DNA of 60,633 nt, filler included, from Nemertoderma westbladi (lineage: Eukaryota; Animalia; Xenacoelomorpha), in assembly GCA_032718475.1 (NCBI GenBank). It is 3 parts of 3 records of this genome, joined end to end, with 100 filler letters (N's around TTAATTAATTAA, not from the genome) between each part and the next. Parts side by side here need not be neighbours in the genome. Positions count along the whole stretch, not along the records: positions 26,600 to 48,934 come from JAUCBJ010001314.1; positions 49,035 to 60,633 come from JAUCBJ010000427.1; 1 more part is not named here. The stretch is one strand, 5' to 3'. Below, piece by piece: positions 37,781 to 51,545 of the stretch; the first letter of the stretch is position 1, and each line of letters starts with the position of its first letter. A model generated the notes under the pieces. It did no database searches, was not told where the DNA came from, and saw nothing but the letters and a program-made list of their open reading frames with translations. Made by a program: the position numbers and the translations under genes.

Positions 37781-38782
37781 ACCGTGATTAATTGTGAACT
37801 GCCGAGATTAATTGTGAACTACCGTGATTAATTGTGAACTACAGAGATTAATTGTGAACTACCGTGATTAATTGTGAACTACAGAGATTAATTGTGAACT
37901 GCCGAGATTAATTGTGAACTACCGTGATTAATTGTGAACTACAGAGATTAATTGTGAACTACCGTGATTAATTGTGAACTACAGAGATTAATTGTGAACT
38001 ACCGTGATTAATTGTGAACTACCGTGATTAATTGTGAACTGCCGTGATTAATTGTGAACTACCGTGATTAATTGTTTACTACCGAGATTAATTGTGAACT
38101 ACCGTGATTTATTGTGAACTACCGAGATTAATTGTGAACTACCGTGATTAATTGTGAACTACCGAGATTAATTGTGAACTACCGTGATTAATTGTGAACT
38201 ACCGTGATTAATTGTTAACTACCGAGATTAATTGTGAACTACCGTGATTAATTGTGAACTACCGTGATTAATTATGAACTACCGAGATTATTTGTTAACT
38301 ACCGTGATTAATTGTTAACTACCGAGATTAATTGTGAACTACCGTGATTAATTGTGAACTACCGTGATTAATTGTTAACTACCGAGATTAATTGTGAACT
38401 ACCGTGATTAATTGTGAACTACCGTGATTAATTGTGAACTACCGCGATTAATTGTGAACTACCGTGATTAATTGTGAACTACCGTGATTAATTGTGAACT
38501 ACCGTGATTAATTGTGAACTACCAAGATTAATTTTGAACTACAGAGATTAATTGTGAACTACCGTGATTAATTGTGAACTACCGCGATTAATTGTGAACT
38601 ACCGTGATTAATTGTGAACTACCGTGATTAATTATGAACTACCGAGATTAATTGTGAACTACCGTGATTAATTGTGAACTACCAAGATTAATTTTGAACT
38701 ACAGAGATTAATTGTGAACTACCGAGATTAATTTTGAACTACCGTGATTAATTATAAACCACCGAGATTAATTGTGAACTAC
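37781..38782. repeat. 20-bp minisatellite (ACCGTGATTAATTGTGAACT), ~50 copies, in a WDR7 intron
   Basis: Direct periodicity. Confidence 0.97.
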
Positions 38783-39302
38783 TTTTTAATTAATCCTTGT
38801 ATTTTCTGTGATTTCTGTCCCATTTTCACTTTTCTCGTTACCAGCAGGAGCGTAGAAATGCTGACTTTTCCCTACGTATAATATCACTTTCCTTAGAAAT
38901 GCTTACATTTTTTTCTTACTATTTGCAAACTTGCAGTGGGCTGATCTGATAGGTTTGTTACATGTTATATACACGGCACTGAAGATACCTAGCAACAACC
39001 GTGACAACAGCCGAAAACTGAATATAACAAATTTTGTTTAAAAAAAGTATCATATTTTTTATTTTTACTATTTTTTTTGATCCGACGATATTTAACAGGA
39101 CTTCCGCTAAGACTTTCCCTTAATTAAGGTTTATCAACTTAACTCATCGTCTTAACGTAACTGCTTACTTCCGGTTATTATTGATGTTTTATTATTATTT
39201 GTCAGTGGTATAAAATTAAATTATTCATTAGTAGCACACCATTGCCGTCTCTATAGTGCATACTTATCCTGAAAGGATTACAATATTGACGGGTGACAAT
39301 AA

Positions 39303-39581
<279 letters not shown>

Positions 39582-39790
39582 TAAATCATGTATTCATATA
39601 GTCATATAGTCTGTCTACAGACTTCTACTAATACTATTATTTATTAAAAGTCTGGTTACGGTAGTTCCTCTATTATTTATTTATAGTCTGGTTACAGTTG
39701 TACTTCCTCTAATACCTTTTGATATTCTGGTTATTGGACTTCCTCGATTACCTTTCATTTATAGTCTGGTTACAGTTGTACTTCCTCTAA

Positions 39791-40042
<252 letters not shown>

Positions 40043-41448
40043 TAGATTTTAATAGAATATTATTTTCATACCATCGCGGCTTAGAAATGCCGTTAAACAA
40101 AAAATTAAATCGAAATTATTCTTACGCAACTTTTACTTTTCTTCTCACGTTGCAAATCCTACACCATGCCCAGAATATAGTGTCGTAATTCAGTGACACG
40201 ACCCCCCCCCCCCCCCCCCCCCCCTAATTTTTATACAAATCTTATTGAGATTGATTGCATGGAATTTGAAATGGAGATAGTTTCACCTCCCGACCACTGA
40301 CTTTCAATCTTTAGCTACAAGCGTTTAAAAAAGTGTCTCCGGCGATATTACACCAATCCCACCGCAATTATTATTCTCTTATATTTGTTGGTATCAATGG
40401 AAAGCTGGTCCTGCAAGGATTCCAAATATGTAACACAATCTGAATTTTGTTGAAAAATAACTGTTGAATACCTTGAAGTACCTTGAAAATAACTTGTTTA
40501 TGTGGTAACCAATGACGCCGTAACTTTACAGCTTGCCGTAATTGGTTACATAAACAAGGGACATTACAACGCCAATACAATACAATACTAAATGTACTAC
40601 AGGCCAATACAATACTGTAGTGTCCTCTAAATTTGTAAAGTGCTAAATAACAACTTGCTCTTAATACTAACGGCGTTGAGTAATGTTACAATTTTGGAAT
40701 AAAACTTATTTACATAACTTATCTACTAAACTAGTGGATGTAACTTCGCCCATCGGATTTGTCGACCTCAAAAACCCTTTTCCCCAAAAAATGATTTCTT
40801 ATATTATAAACTATTATAAATTACAAATAAATAAATTACACCTAAAATCAATAGAGCAATCACATATTTATTATGTGAAAAAACCTCGCTAACTTGAGTG
40901 ACTAACTTGACTAACGTGAGATATTTGATATATTCAAAAAGTGGATGATACTTTAGTTCCCGAAATGTAACAATTTACGTGTAACAGGCCAGTGTAAATA
41001 TGATTCATTCCCTATTAAATTGCAGCATATTGTGCCTTTAATTAAATTATTCTGGAACATCACCAATTTGCTACTTACTCTTCCATACTGTTCATTTTGT
41101 TTGGCTTGTGTTAATTGTGTAACTTATGCAAATTTATGTAGAATTTAATCCTCAAAATAATTTTTATATATATACTTTTTTGGTCATTAACAAGGTAAAT
41201 TAGAACACAAAAAACGTGGTTCGGATTGATTGCGAATTACTTTTGGGTTCTTTGGGCTAGATTAACTCTCCCAGTAACAACTTTAATGATTATGCTCATT
41301 GGAGCAACCGTAACATGACATGTTCTAGAATTTTATTGTTACTAAGTTAGTGATTACTTTGCAGCGTTCAGTCACATAATGTAACAAAATAGCGTAAAAC
41401 ATATTGTTTAATATGTTTTAACATCCATAGATGCAGGATGATGCAGGA

Positions 41449-41520
41449 GCCTCCGTGTTGTAGTGGTTAGCATACCTGAACGTTTATCGGGAGACGCGGG
41501 TTCAATCCCCGCTGGTGGCG
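41449..41520 (+). pseudogene. tRNA-Asn(GTT)-like pseudogene or SINE head
   Basis: Cloverleaf-like 72 nt: A box TGTAGTGGTTAG, anticodon stem CCTGA/TCGGG around ACGTTTA, B box GGTTCAATCCC, T6 just downstream. It has an acceptor-stem mismatch and a non-canonical anticodon loop. Confidence 0.65.
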
Positions 41521-41925
41521 AATTCATTTTTTCCGCTCCATTTGCTATAGAGTTGGATCATCCTAAGTCCTGTTTAAATTACTTAATAATCTATAGCGTA
41601 AAACATATTTTTGCTATTTTCACACGAGGTATTATATTTACCGAGCGTAGCGAGATTAATAAACATTTGATAGATTAATAATTTTCCACTGTAGTCAAAC
41701 TAGCTAATCAACTAATTTTCCCACATATGACGATTATGGAAAAAAATAAGGGTTTGATTGGGACATGGGTAATTTCTAGTGTCGTGTATTTAGGGTATTT
41801 AATTGACTACAACAATAATAATATTGCATGTAAGTAAAGAAAAGATAATTATAATAATTGATTTACATGAAAAACTAATTACTCGGGTTACTAATTAATT
41901 ACTTGGTGGTGTGTAATTGAATACA

Positions 41926-42522
41926 TTAGTTGATTTCCCCTGTATTCGTCATTAAGGCCTTTATACATTCCCTAACGTGTCCATCGGCCCGCCTTCTCTG
42001 CGGTAGAAACACGGCCATCCACACTCTAGCCTCGGTAACCTCCTCCAACTCAACCACATTCTCTACAATCCAACTCCAATCCGCCTCGTTAAACGCCTCC
42101 AATCCATTGTGGCTCGTGCGTTTACTGGGTCTGAGTCCATCACCGCTCCCTGTGCGCCACATGGCCGCCACCTTGACGGCGCCCACCGCCACATCGGCTC
42201 CCAGACGCGCGGTAACCGAGGCGATATCGTCCGAGTCCGGCGGGTAGTTGGCGTAGACGACTGCGGGCTGCTTTCCCGCCTCCCGTCGGTTCAACCGATC
42301 GTAATCCGTATCTTCAGTTCCGCTCGTATCCTTTATTAGTCCGCGTATTACCATGGCAACCGACTCCTGCCCCTCCTGTCGCACTATGACCCATTTTGTT
42401 CTTGGCCACTGGTAGTCAACACTGGTCGATACGAAACTCTGGAACTCTTCGAGGCTGAGTCTCGGTTTAGCCGAGTTGCTCCGTTCCTCCAGATCTTCCG
42501 TCATTCCGCATTGGTTCATCAT
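41926..42522 (-). CDS. Intronless 198-aa protein, putative AID/APOBEC-like deaminase fold lacking catalytic zinc ligands
   Basis: GC-rich intact ORF in an AT-rich context. The motif order F..F....WPRTKWV, GTE, VVYANYPPDSDD, VKVAAMW, GLR..LEAFNEADW, RRRAD parallels invertebrate AID/APOBEC-like deaminases. Recognised by eye only. Confidence 0.55.
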   Translation of the reverse strand: MMNQCGMTEDLEERSNSAKPRLSLEEFQSFVSTSVDYQWPRTKWVIVRQEGQESVAMVIRGLIKDTSGTEDTDYDRLNRREAGKQPAVVYANYPPDSDDIASVTARLGADVAVGAVKVAAMWRTGSGDGLRPSKRTSHNGLEAFNEADWSWIVENVVELEEVTEARVWMAVFLPQRRRADGHVRECIKALMTNTGEIN

Positions 42523-43204
42523 AACAACTGAGTGTAGATTATCAGAATAACCAAGGTTGATTCTCTAATCACGTCGAGTTTTTGCTTTGGTAAAATATAT
42601 TGAAAATTTGCCGGGAATATTCATATTGTCTCAATACGGTTTATTGATATAATTAACTTGTTATATCACGTAATAATGTTAGCAGTAATTTAATAACTAA
42701 CTTTAATTAGTACTGAAAATTTATTGTTATTGGTTTTAACTATGTTATTTAAATTATTTAAAAAGTTTAAATTGATCTGATGATAGTCTCGAGTTGTGCG
42801 AACATTTACACGAATGAGCCATAACGATTGAGTGAAATATTGAAACGAGTGTCCGAAGTGATGATATAAAGTACTATATATACAATGTAATATAATACGG
42901 TGTTCTATTGTTTAACATCTAGAATACTTGAAAATTATTAAGTAGCTATCTATAAGATATGACTACAACATTATTTCTACGTTGAAAAGTAATCCACAAC
43001 TTAGGAACAATAAACTTCCAGAACACGTTATGGGTGTTACTATGACAGATAAGGCCATATAAATTCACTACGCGTACAAAATATAATAAATAAACTGACC
43101 CTAACCTATGAGCTTTACACGTACCGGTCACAAACAATTGTGGACTGTACGTTTTTATTAGGCCGGTACAATTTGCATTTATTTTTCTCTGGTACATATT
43201 TATT

Positions 43205-46200
43205 TGCACAAGGCGTAGATTAGGGAAGACGTTATCACAAGCTGCAGATTACACAAGGCATAGATTAGGGATGCCGTTATCATAAACCGCAGATTGCACA
43301 AGGCGTAGATTAGGGATGCCGTTATCACAAGCTGCAGATTGCACAAGGGGTAGATTAGGGATGCCGTTATCACAAGCAGCAGATTGCACAAGGCGTAGAT
43401 TAGGGAAGACGTTATCACAAGCTGCAGATTGCACAAGGCGTAGATTAGGGATGCCGTTATCACAAGGCGTAGATTAGGGAAGACGTTATCACAAGCTGCA
43501 CATTGCACAAGGCGTAGATTAGGGATGCCGTTATCACAAGCTGCAGATTGCACAAGGCGTACATTAGGGATGCCGTTATCACAAGCTGCAGATTGCACAA
43601 GGCGTAGATTTGGGATGCCGTTATCACAAGCTGCAGATTGCACAAGGCGTAGATTAGGGAAGACGTTATCACAAGCTGCAGATTGCACAAGGCGTAGATT
43701 AGGGAAGACGTTATCACAAGCTGCAGATTGCGCAAGGCGTAGATTAGGGAAGCCGTTATCACAAGCTGCAGATTGCACAAGGCGTAGATTACGGATGCCG
43801 TTATCACAAGGCGTAGATTAGGGAAGACGTTATCACAAGCTGCAGATTGCACAAGGCGTAGATTAGGGATGCCGTTATCACAAGCTGCAGATTGCACAAG
43901 GCGTAGATTAGGGAAGACGTTATCACAAGCTGCAGATTGCACAAGGCGTAGATTAGGGAAGCCGTTATCACAAGCTGCAGATTGCACAAGGCGTAGATTA
44001 CGGATGCCGTTATCACAAGCTGCAGATTGCACAAGGGGTAGATTAGGGAAGATGTTATCACAAGCTGCAGATTGCACAAGCCGTAGATTAGGGAAGACGT
44101 TATCACAAGCTGCAGATTGCACAAGGCGTAGATTAGGGAAGACGTTATCACAAGCTGCAGATTGCGCAAGGTGTAGATTAGGGAAGCCGTTAACACAAGC
44201 TGCAGATTGCACAAGGCGTAGATTACGGATGCCGTTATCACAAGGCATAGATTAGGGGAGACGTTATCACAAGCTGCAGATTGCACAAGGCGTAGATTAG
44301 GGATGCCGTTATCACAAGCTGCAGATTGCACAAGGCGTAGATTAGGGAAGACGTTATCACAAGCTGCAGATTGCACAAGGCGTAGATTAGGGAAGCCGTT
44401 ATCACAAGCTGCAGATTGCACAAGGCGTAGATTACGGATGCCATTATCACAAGCTGCAGATTGCACAAGGGGTAGATTAGGGAAGACGTTATCACAAGCT
44501 GCAGATTGCACAAGCCGTAGATTAGGGAAGACGTTATCACAAGCTGCAGATTGCACAAGGCGTAGATTGGGGATGCCGTTATCACAAGGCGTAGATTAGG
44601 GAAGACGTTATCACAAGCTGCAGATTGCACAAGGCGTAGATTGGGGATGCCGTTATCACAAGCTGCAGATTGCACAAGGCGTAGATTGGGGATGCCGTTA
44701 TCACAAGCTGCAGATTGCACAAGGCGTAGATTAGGGAAGACGTTATCACAAGCTGCAGATTGCACAAGGCGTAGATTACGGATGCCATTATCACAAGGCG
44801 TTAGGGAAGACGTTATCACAAACTGCAGATTGCACAAGGCGTAGATTAGGGATGCCATTATCACAAGCTGCAGATTGCACAAGGCGTACATTAGGGATGC
44901 CGTTATCACAAGCTGCAGATTGCACAAGGCATAGATTATGGAAGCCGCTATCACAAGCTGCAGATTGCGCAAGGCGTAGATTAGGGAAGCCGTTATCACA
45001 AGCTGCAGATTGCACAAGGCGTAGATTACGGATGCCATTATCACAAGGCGTAGATTAGGGAAGACGTTATCACAAGCTGCAGATTGCGCAAGGCGTAGAT
45101 TAGGGAAGCCGTTATCACAAGCTGCAGATTGCACAAGGCGTAGATTACGGATGCTGTTATCACAAGGCATAGATTAGGGAAGACGTTATCACAAGCTGCA
45201 GATTGCACAAGGCGTAGATTGGGGATGCCGTTATCACAAGCTGCAGATTGCACAAGGCGTAGATTACGGATGCCGTTATCACAAGGCGTAGATTAGGGAA
45301 GACGTTATCACAAGCTGCAGATTGCACAAGGCGTAGATTGGGGATGCCGTTATCACAAGCTGCAGATTGCACAAGGCGTAGATTAGGGAAGACGTTATCA
45401 CAAGCTGCAGATTGCACAAGGCGTAGATTACGGATGCCGTTATCACAAGGCGTAGATTAGGGAAGACGTTATCACAAGCTGCAGATTGCACAAGGGGTAG
45501 ATTAGGGAAGGCATTATCACAAGCTGCAGATTGGACAAGGCGTAGATTAGGGAAGACGTTATCACAAGCTGCAGATTGCACAAGGCGTAGATTACGGATG
45601 CCGTTATCACAAGGCGTAGATTAGGGAAGACGTTATCACAAGCTGCAGATTGCACAAGGCGTAGATTGGGGATGCCGTTATCACAAGCTGTAGATTGCAC
45701 AAGGCGTAGATTAGGGAAGACGTTATCACAAGCTGCAGATTGCACAAGGCGTAGATTACGGATGCCGTTATCACAAGGCGTAGATTAGGGAAGACGTTAT
45801 CACAAGCTGCAGATTGCACAAGGCGTAGATTGGGGATGCCGTTATCACAAGCTGCAGATTGCACAAGGCGTAGATTAGGGAAGACGTTATCACAAGCTGC
45901 AGATTGCACAAGGCGTAGATTACGGATGCCGTTATCACAAGGCGTAGATTAGGGAAGACGTTATCACAAGCTGCAGATTGCACAAGGGGTAGATTAGGGA
46001 AGACGTTATCACAAGCTGCAGATTGGACAAGGTGTAGATTGGGGAAGACGTTATCACAAGCTGCAGATTGCACAAGGCGTAGATTAGGGAAGCCGTTATC
46101 ACAAGCTGCAGATTGCACAAGGCGTAGATTACGGATGCTGTTATCACAAGGCGTAGATTAGGGAAGACGTTATCACAAGGCGTAGATTAGGGAAGACGTT

Positions 46201-48368
46201 ATCACAAGCTGCAGATTGCACAAGGCGTAGATTAGGGATGCCGTTATCACAAGCTGCAGATTGCACAAGGCGTAGATTAGGGATGCCGTTATCACAAGCT
46301 GCAGATTGCACATGCACAAGGCGTAGATTAGGGATGCCGTTATCACAAGCTGCAGATTGCACAAGGCGTAGATTAGGGAAGCCGTTATCACAAGCTGCAG
46401 ATTGCACAAGGCGTAGATTACGGATGCCGTTATCACAAGGCGTAGATTAGGGAAGACGTTATCACAAGCTGCAGATTGCACAAGGCGTAGATTAGGGATG
46501 CTGTTATCACAAGCTGCAGATTGCTCAAGGCGTAGATTAGGGAAGACGTTATCACAAGCTGCAGATTACACAAGGCATAGATTAGGGAAGACGTTATCCC
46601 AAGCTGCAGATTGCACAAGGCGTAGATTTGGGATGCCGTTATCACAAGCTGCAGATTGCACAAGGCGTAGATTAGGGAAGACGTTATCCCAAGCTGCAGA
46701 TTGCACAAGGCGTACATTTGGGATGCCGTTATCACAAGCTGCAGATTGCACAAGGCGTAGATTAGGGATGCCATTATCACAAGCTGCAGATTGCACAAGG
46801 CGTACATTAGGGATGCCGTTATCATAAACTGCAGATTGCACAAGGCGTAGATTAGGGAAGACGTTATCACAAGCTGCAGATTGCACAAGGCGTACATTAG
46901 GGATGCCGTTATCATAAACTGCAGATTGCACAAGGCGTAGATTAGGGAAGACGTTATCACAAGCTGCAGATTACACAAGGCGTAGATTAGGGATGCCGTT
47001 ATCACAAGGCGTAGATTAGGGATGCCGTTAGCACAAGCTGCAGATTGGACAAGGTGTAGATTAGGGAAGACGTTATCACAAGCTGCAGATTGCACAAGGC
47101 GTAGATTAGGGAAGCCGTTATCACAAGCTGCAGATTGCACAAGGTGTAGATTAGGGAAGACGTTATCACAAGCTGCAGATTGCACAAGGCGTAGATTAGG
47201 GAAGCCGTTATCACAAGCTGCAGATTGCACAAGGCGTAGATTACGGATGCCGTTATCACAAGGTGTAGATTAGGGAAGACGTTATCACAAGGCGTAGATT
47301 AGGGAAGACGTTATCACAAGCTGCAGATTGCACAAGGCGTAGATTAGGGATGCCGTTATCACAAGCTGCAGATTGCACAAGGCGTAGATTAGGGATGCCG
47401 TTATCACAAGCTGCAGATTGCACATGCACAAGGCGTAGATTAGGGATGCCGTTATCACAAGCTGCAGATTGCACAAGGCGTAGATTAGGGAAGCCGTTAT
47501 CACAAGCTGCAGATTGCACAAGGCGTAGATTACGGATGCCGTTATCACAAGGCGTAGATTAGGGAAGACGTTATCACAAGCTGCAGATTGCACAAGGCGT
47601 AGATTAGGGATGCCGTTATCACAAGCTGCAGATTGCTCAAGGCGTAGATTAGGGAAGACGTTATCACAAGCTGCAGATTACACAAGGCGTAGATTAGGGA
47701 AGACGTTATCCCAAGCTGCAGATTGTACAAGGCGTACATTTGGGATGCCGTTATCACAAGCTGCAGATTGCACAAGGCGTAGATTAGGGATGCCATTATC
47801 ACAAGCTGCAGATTGCACAAGGCGTACATTAGGGATGCCGTTATCATAAACTGCAGATTGCACAAGGCGTAGATTAGGGAAGACGTTATCACAAGCTGCA
47901 GATTGCACAAGGCGTAGATTAGGGATGCCGTTATCACAAGGCGTAGATTAGGGATGCCGTTAGCACAAGCTGCAGATTGCACAAGACGTAGATTAGGGAT
48001 GCCGTTATCACAAGCTGCAGATTGCACAAGGCGTAGATTATGGATGCCGTTATCACAAGCTGCAGATTGCACAAGGCGTAGATTAGGGATGCCGTTATCA
48101 CAAGGCGTAGATTAGGGATGTCGTTATCACAAGGCGTAGATTAGGGAAGACGTTATCACAAGCTGCAGATTGCAAATGCACAAGGCGTAGATTAGGGATG
48201 CCGTTATCACAAGCTGCAGATTGCACAAGGCGTAGATTAGGGATGCCGTTATCACAAGGCGTAGATTAGGGATGCTGTTATCACAAGGCGTAGATTAGGG
48301 ATGCCGTTATCACAAGCTGCAGATTGCACAAGGCGTAGATTAGGGAAGCCGTTATCACAAGCTGCAGA
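43205..48368. repeat. 45-bp minisatellite (GCACAAGGCGTAGATTAGGGAWGMCGTTATCACAAGCTGCAGATT) with 29-bp deletion variants
   Basis: 15-aa periodic ORFs; the short units arise by deletion between CACAAG copies. Confidence 0.97.
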
Positions 48369-48934
48369 TATTCAACAAAATATCAAACATGATTAGGGTG
48401 TACTGCATTTCGATACCTCACTCCAAAATCGGATAAATTAAAGATGCACTAAGTAACCACGGCAGCACTCACGCCTATTAGCTGCCCTGGATTTCCGCGT
48501 ACATACATATAGCTAACCGGGATTAGCACTGCATTCTGGATGCACCTCGCCCAAGATGACAAAAATGGCGTCAATTTGATTATCACCAGTGTAAGAAGAT
48601 AAAGCTCTATCTACTCTTACAGAAACAAACGTCAAAGTAATTCTCCAGGAAATTACTTCATTTTCCTAGGAAATTATCTAATGAATATCCTTCTCTATAC
48701 TGACGGCCGTTTTATGCCCTACTGTTTACCAATTAAGGAAGCAGTAACATTAAGATGGATCAGCCATGCTCCGTTCCCCTTGCTTGCACACATGGAAATG
48801 CGAAGATGAGATTGCCTTAGGTTTGGCCATATTAATTTATGACCTTTACTGTAACTCAAGGAGATTGGACAGCCTGGAGACAACATTAAAATCAGCAAAG
48901 TTTGTCTGAAGCGTTCATATTACTGGTAAAATAC

Positions 48935-49034
48935 NNNNNNNNNNNNNNNNNNNNNNNNNNNNNNNNNNNNNNNNNNNNTTAATTAATTAANNNNNNNNNN
49001 NNNNNNNNNNNNNNNNNNNNNNNNNNNNNNNNNN
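48935..49034. other. Assembly gap spacer
   Basis: 100-bp N run with the TTAATTAATTAA linker. Confidence 0.98.
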
Positions 49035-50724
49035 CTCCACTGAGGTTGATATTAATCAACCAGTTACTTCGACCGGCGGGTATACCGATCGTAACCCTGC
49101 GCCTTCTGATGCAATTATATTGCACCCTTCGCCTAGGAGCTACAGCCCTCCTCGTAAAGTGGCTCGCCCCAAAGAGAAAAGGACTCTTGCTAGCTTTAAA
49201 AAACTGCGTAAACGCCGTCCGCGCAAGAAAGACTAACTGTTTAGAGTATTTATGTATATTAGAAATTGTGATTTTGTATATTTTATAGACTTAAATCCCA
49301 TTTTCTGGGAGCGGTGTAAAAGCTTTTGTGGGATAACTGATTCGTTTGCCTTGCTAACCAGTTCCCCCCCAGTCGCTAGAATACTCTAAAAAGGGATCTA
49401 TAACTCGAGTAGCGCAAGCTACCGGCTGATTGGCTGATTCGCTGTGCGAAGGGATCTGGGCTACGTTTGATTGTCCAACCGGCTTGGGAAAGTATCTACC
49501 AATAGAATTTGAGTTGATTTTGATTTCGACCTATCACAGATCTACTGAACTGAATTTTCCTATCTGTATGCTCTTTCTCTGTGTTGGGTGGAAGCCTTTG
49601 TAAATAAGGTTATTCTTATCAGTTTTCAGTGTTGTTGGTCTTTCTTTCCTGAGCCAGGAGAGAACGGCTTGTAAATATTTTGTGCTTTTCTGTTTTAGTC
49701 TAACACTAGTAGGCTTAATTATAAAGGGCATATATCCGTTATCAAACCAATCCATTGCAAACCATAACAAAACAATCAATGCAAACTGCAAACTAATGAA
49801 CTTAACGCACACTGAATCACTGTGCATACTTTTATATTGTTATACTGCTATTTACTGTTGGTTCTTCATAATATGGTTGATGAATTATTATATTTGGAAT
49901 AACGATAAATAACCCCGAAACCCAATATTCTTGATATACCGAAGGTAAGAGAGAAAGGTTACATATAACGATTGTGACTTATGTTAAAGTGGTTTGAAGT
50001 GAATCTAATGTTATTTGATAGACCCTACATGAGTCAGTCCGTGTTCCTTTTATATATAACTAAAATCAGTGAAGATCGGCAGATCAGTGTGCAGTATTGT
50101 GCAGCATTGTGTATGAGTGAGACTGATAACGAAGCATCTCCTAAAGAATGCGCCATATATGTGAATTATAACTAAGCCATATCGTTGTGAGTAGTTTAAG
50201 TCATAACTCTGTTTATATAGATAGAGCGCCACGTCCTAAAGGAACTGTTAATATTCCCCGAAGGTGAATAATATTGTCAGAGATTACATAATACTGTCAG
50301 TCGAATAATACATTAGGCTTACATAGCAATAAGATTAAGCCGTCGAACCCAATCTCCCGGGTATATCCAGCGGGTGAATGATCGCGCACAGATTGGTTTC
50401 GACTAGTGTAGTGAATTAAATACTTGTCATAGACTAAAGGTGATTTATTATCTAGAAGACATCCTAATTTGGCGGGTTAAACTGCCAAAGGTCTGAAAGC
50501 GCGAACACCCTCTATATTCCTATATTACATATACTAAGTCACTAGACGGGAAGTCTCGCGGGCACTCAACTACGGTAACGTATCGTGGGAATAATGTATC
50601 GCGGCAATAAGGTCTCGCGGGTTTTTTTGGGCACTAAAGTCCCACACTCGCGGCCCTACAGTTCTGTAGGACATTAAGTGACCGTGTCACCGCAACTTTT
50701 AGTGTGGTCGAACTCGAAAGGGTA

Positions 50725-51105
50725 CTTTGTTTTAACTAGATTTACACTCATTCCATTGGCTACACACCATTTATACAAAATGTCTAATACAAGTTGAATG
50801 TCTTCGCGGTTACTTGCATAGATTGCCAAGTCATCGGCATAAAATATAAACTTTATGAGGGCGACGGCGTTTCGAATAGCATTGGCGAGGTTTGCGATGT
50901 ATAAAATGAAGCAGGTTGGTGATAGGCAGTCCCCTTGTAAAACTCCACGTAATTGATTTATTATATTCGATAGTCTGAGGCCATCAAATATCCGGATTTT
51001 GTTATGAGTCAACGCCTTTATTAGGTCGTAAATCTTACCTCTGATGCCAAAATTGTGTAGTTTCCATAGTAGCACTGACCTGCTGATTGAATCAAAGGCC
51101 TTTTA
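50725..51105 (-). mobile_element. LINE reverse transcriptase fragment
   Basis: KAFDSI..LLWKLHNFGIRG..GVLQGDCLSPTCFILYI..YADDL..MSVNLVKTK. Confidence 0.9.
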
Positions 51106-51415
51106 TTTATTATTATTTATTAATAATTATTTATTTACCTCAAATGGGGGTGTATCTAAACTCTTAATAATGTTATAAACATACGTTGTCGTTCATGTAC
51201 ATACAGATTGAGACGCAAAAAAGTGGAGGCCTACTGTACAATATTTTATAGTTTTTACATTTGTGGTGTTTTGATCTGATAAATGAATTCCGGTGAAAAT
51301 TAATTTTGTATACTAGGCCTATAGAAACTTAACTACATTAACACTAATAGTCCAGCGGTGCCATATATTTGACGTCGTACAGTAGGCCTATGCTGAATTC
51401 AAATAATGAACTCAC

Positions 51416-51545
51416 CTGCTATATGAAGTGGAGTATGACCTTCCTTGTTCTTTGCATCAACATCTCCGCCACAGTCAGTAAACAGCTTCACCAACTCTAT
51501 ATCGGACTTACGTGCAGCCGCATGTATAACAGTATCCCCAGTATC
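51416..51545 (-). CDS. Ankyrin-repeat internal exon, TRPN/NompC-like
   Basis: Minus strand: polypyrimidine-CAG | DTGDTVIHAAARKSDIELVKLFTDCGGDVDAKNKEGHTPLHIA | GTGAGT. It is clearly ankyrin; resemblance to NompC (GDTALHLAARRRDVDMV..VDTQNGEGQTPLHIA) is from memory. Not in the ORF track. Confidence 0.8.

Noticed and set aside
43200-48072. Many 15-aa-repeat ORFs (QSAACDNVFPNLRLV)
   Set aside because: Translation artefacts of the 45-bp minisatellite on both strands.
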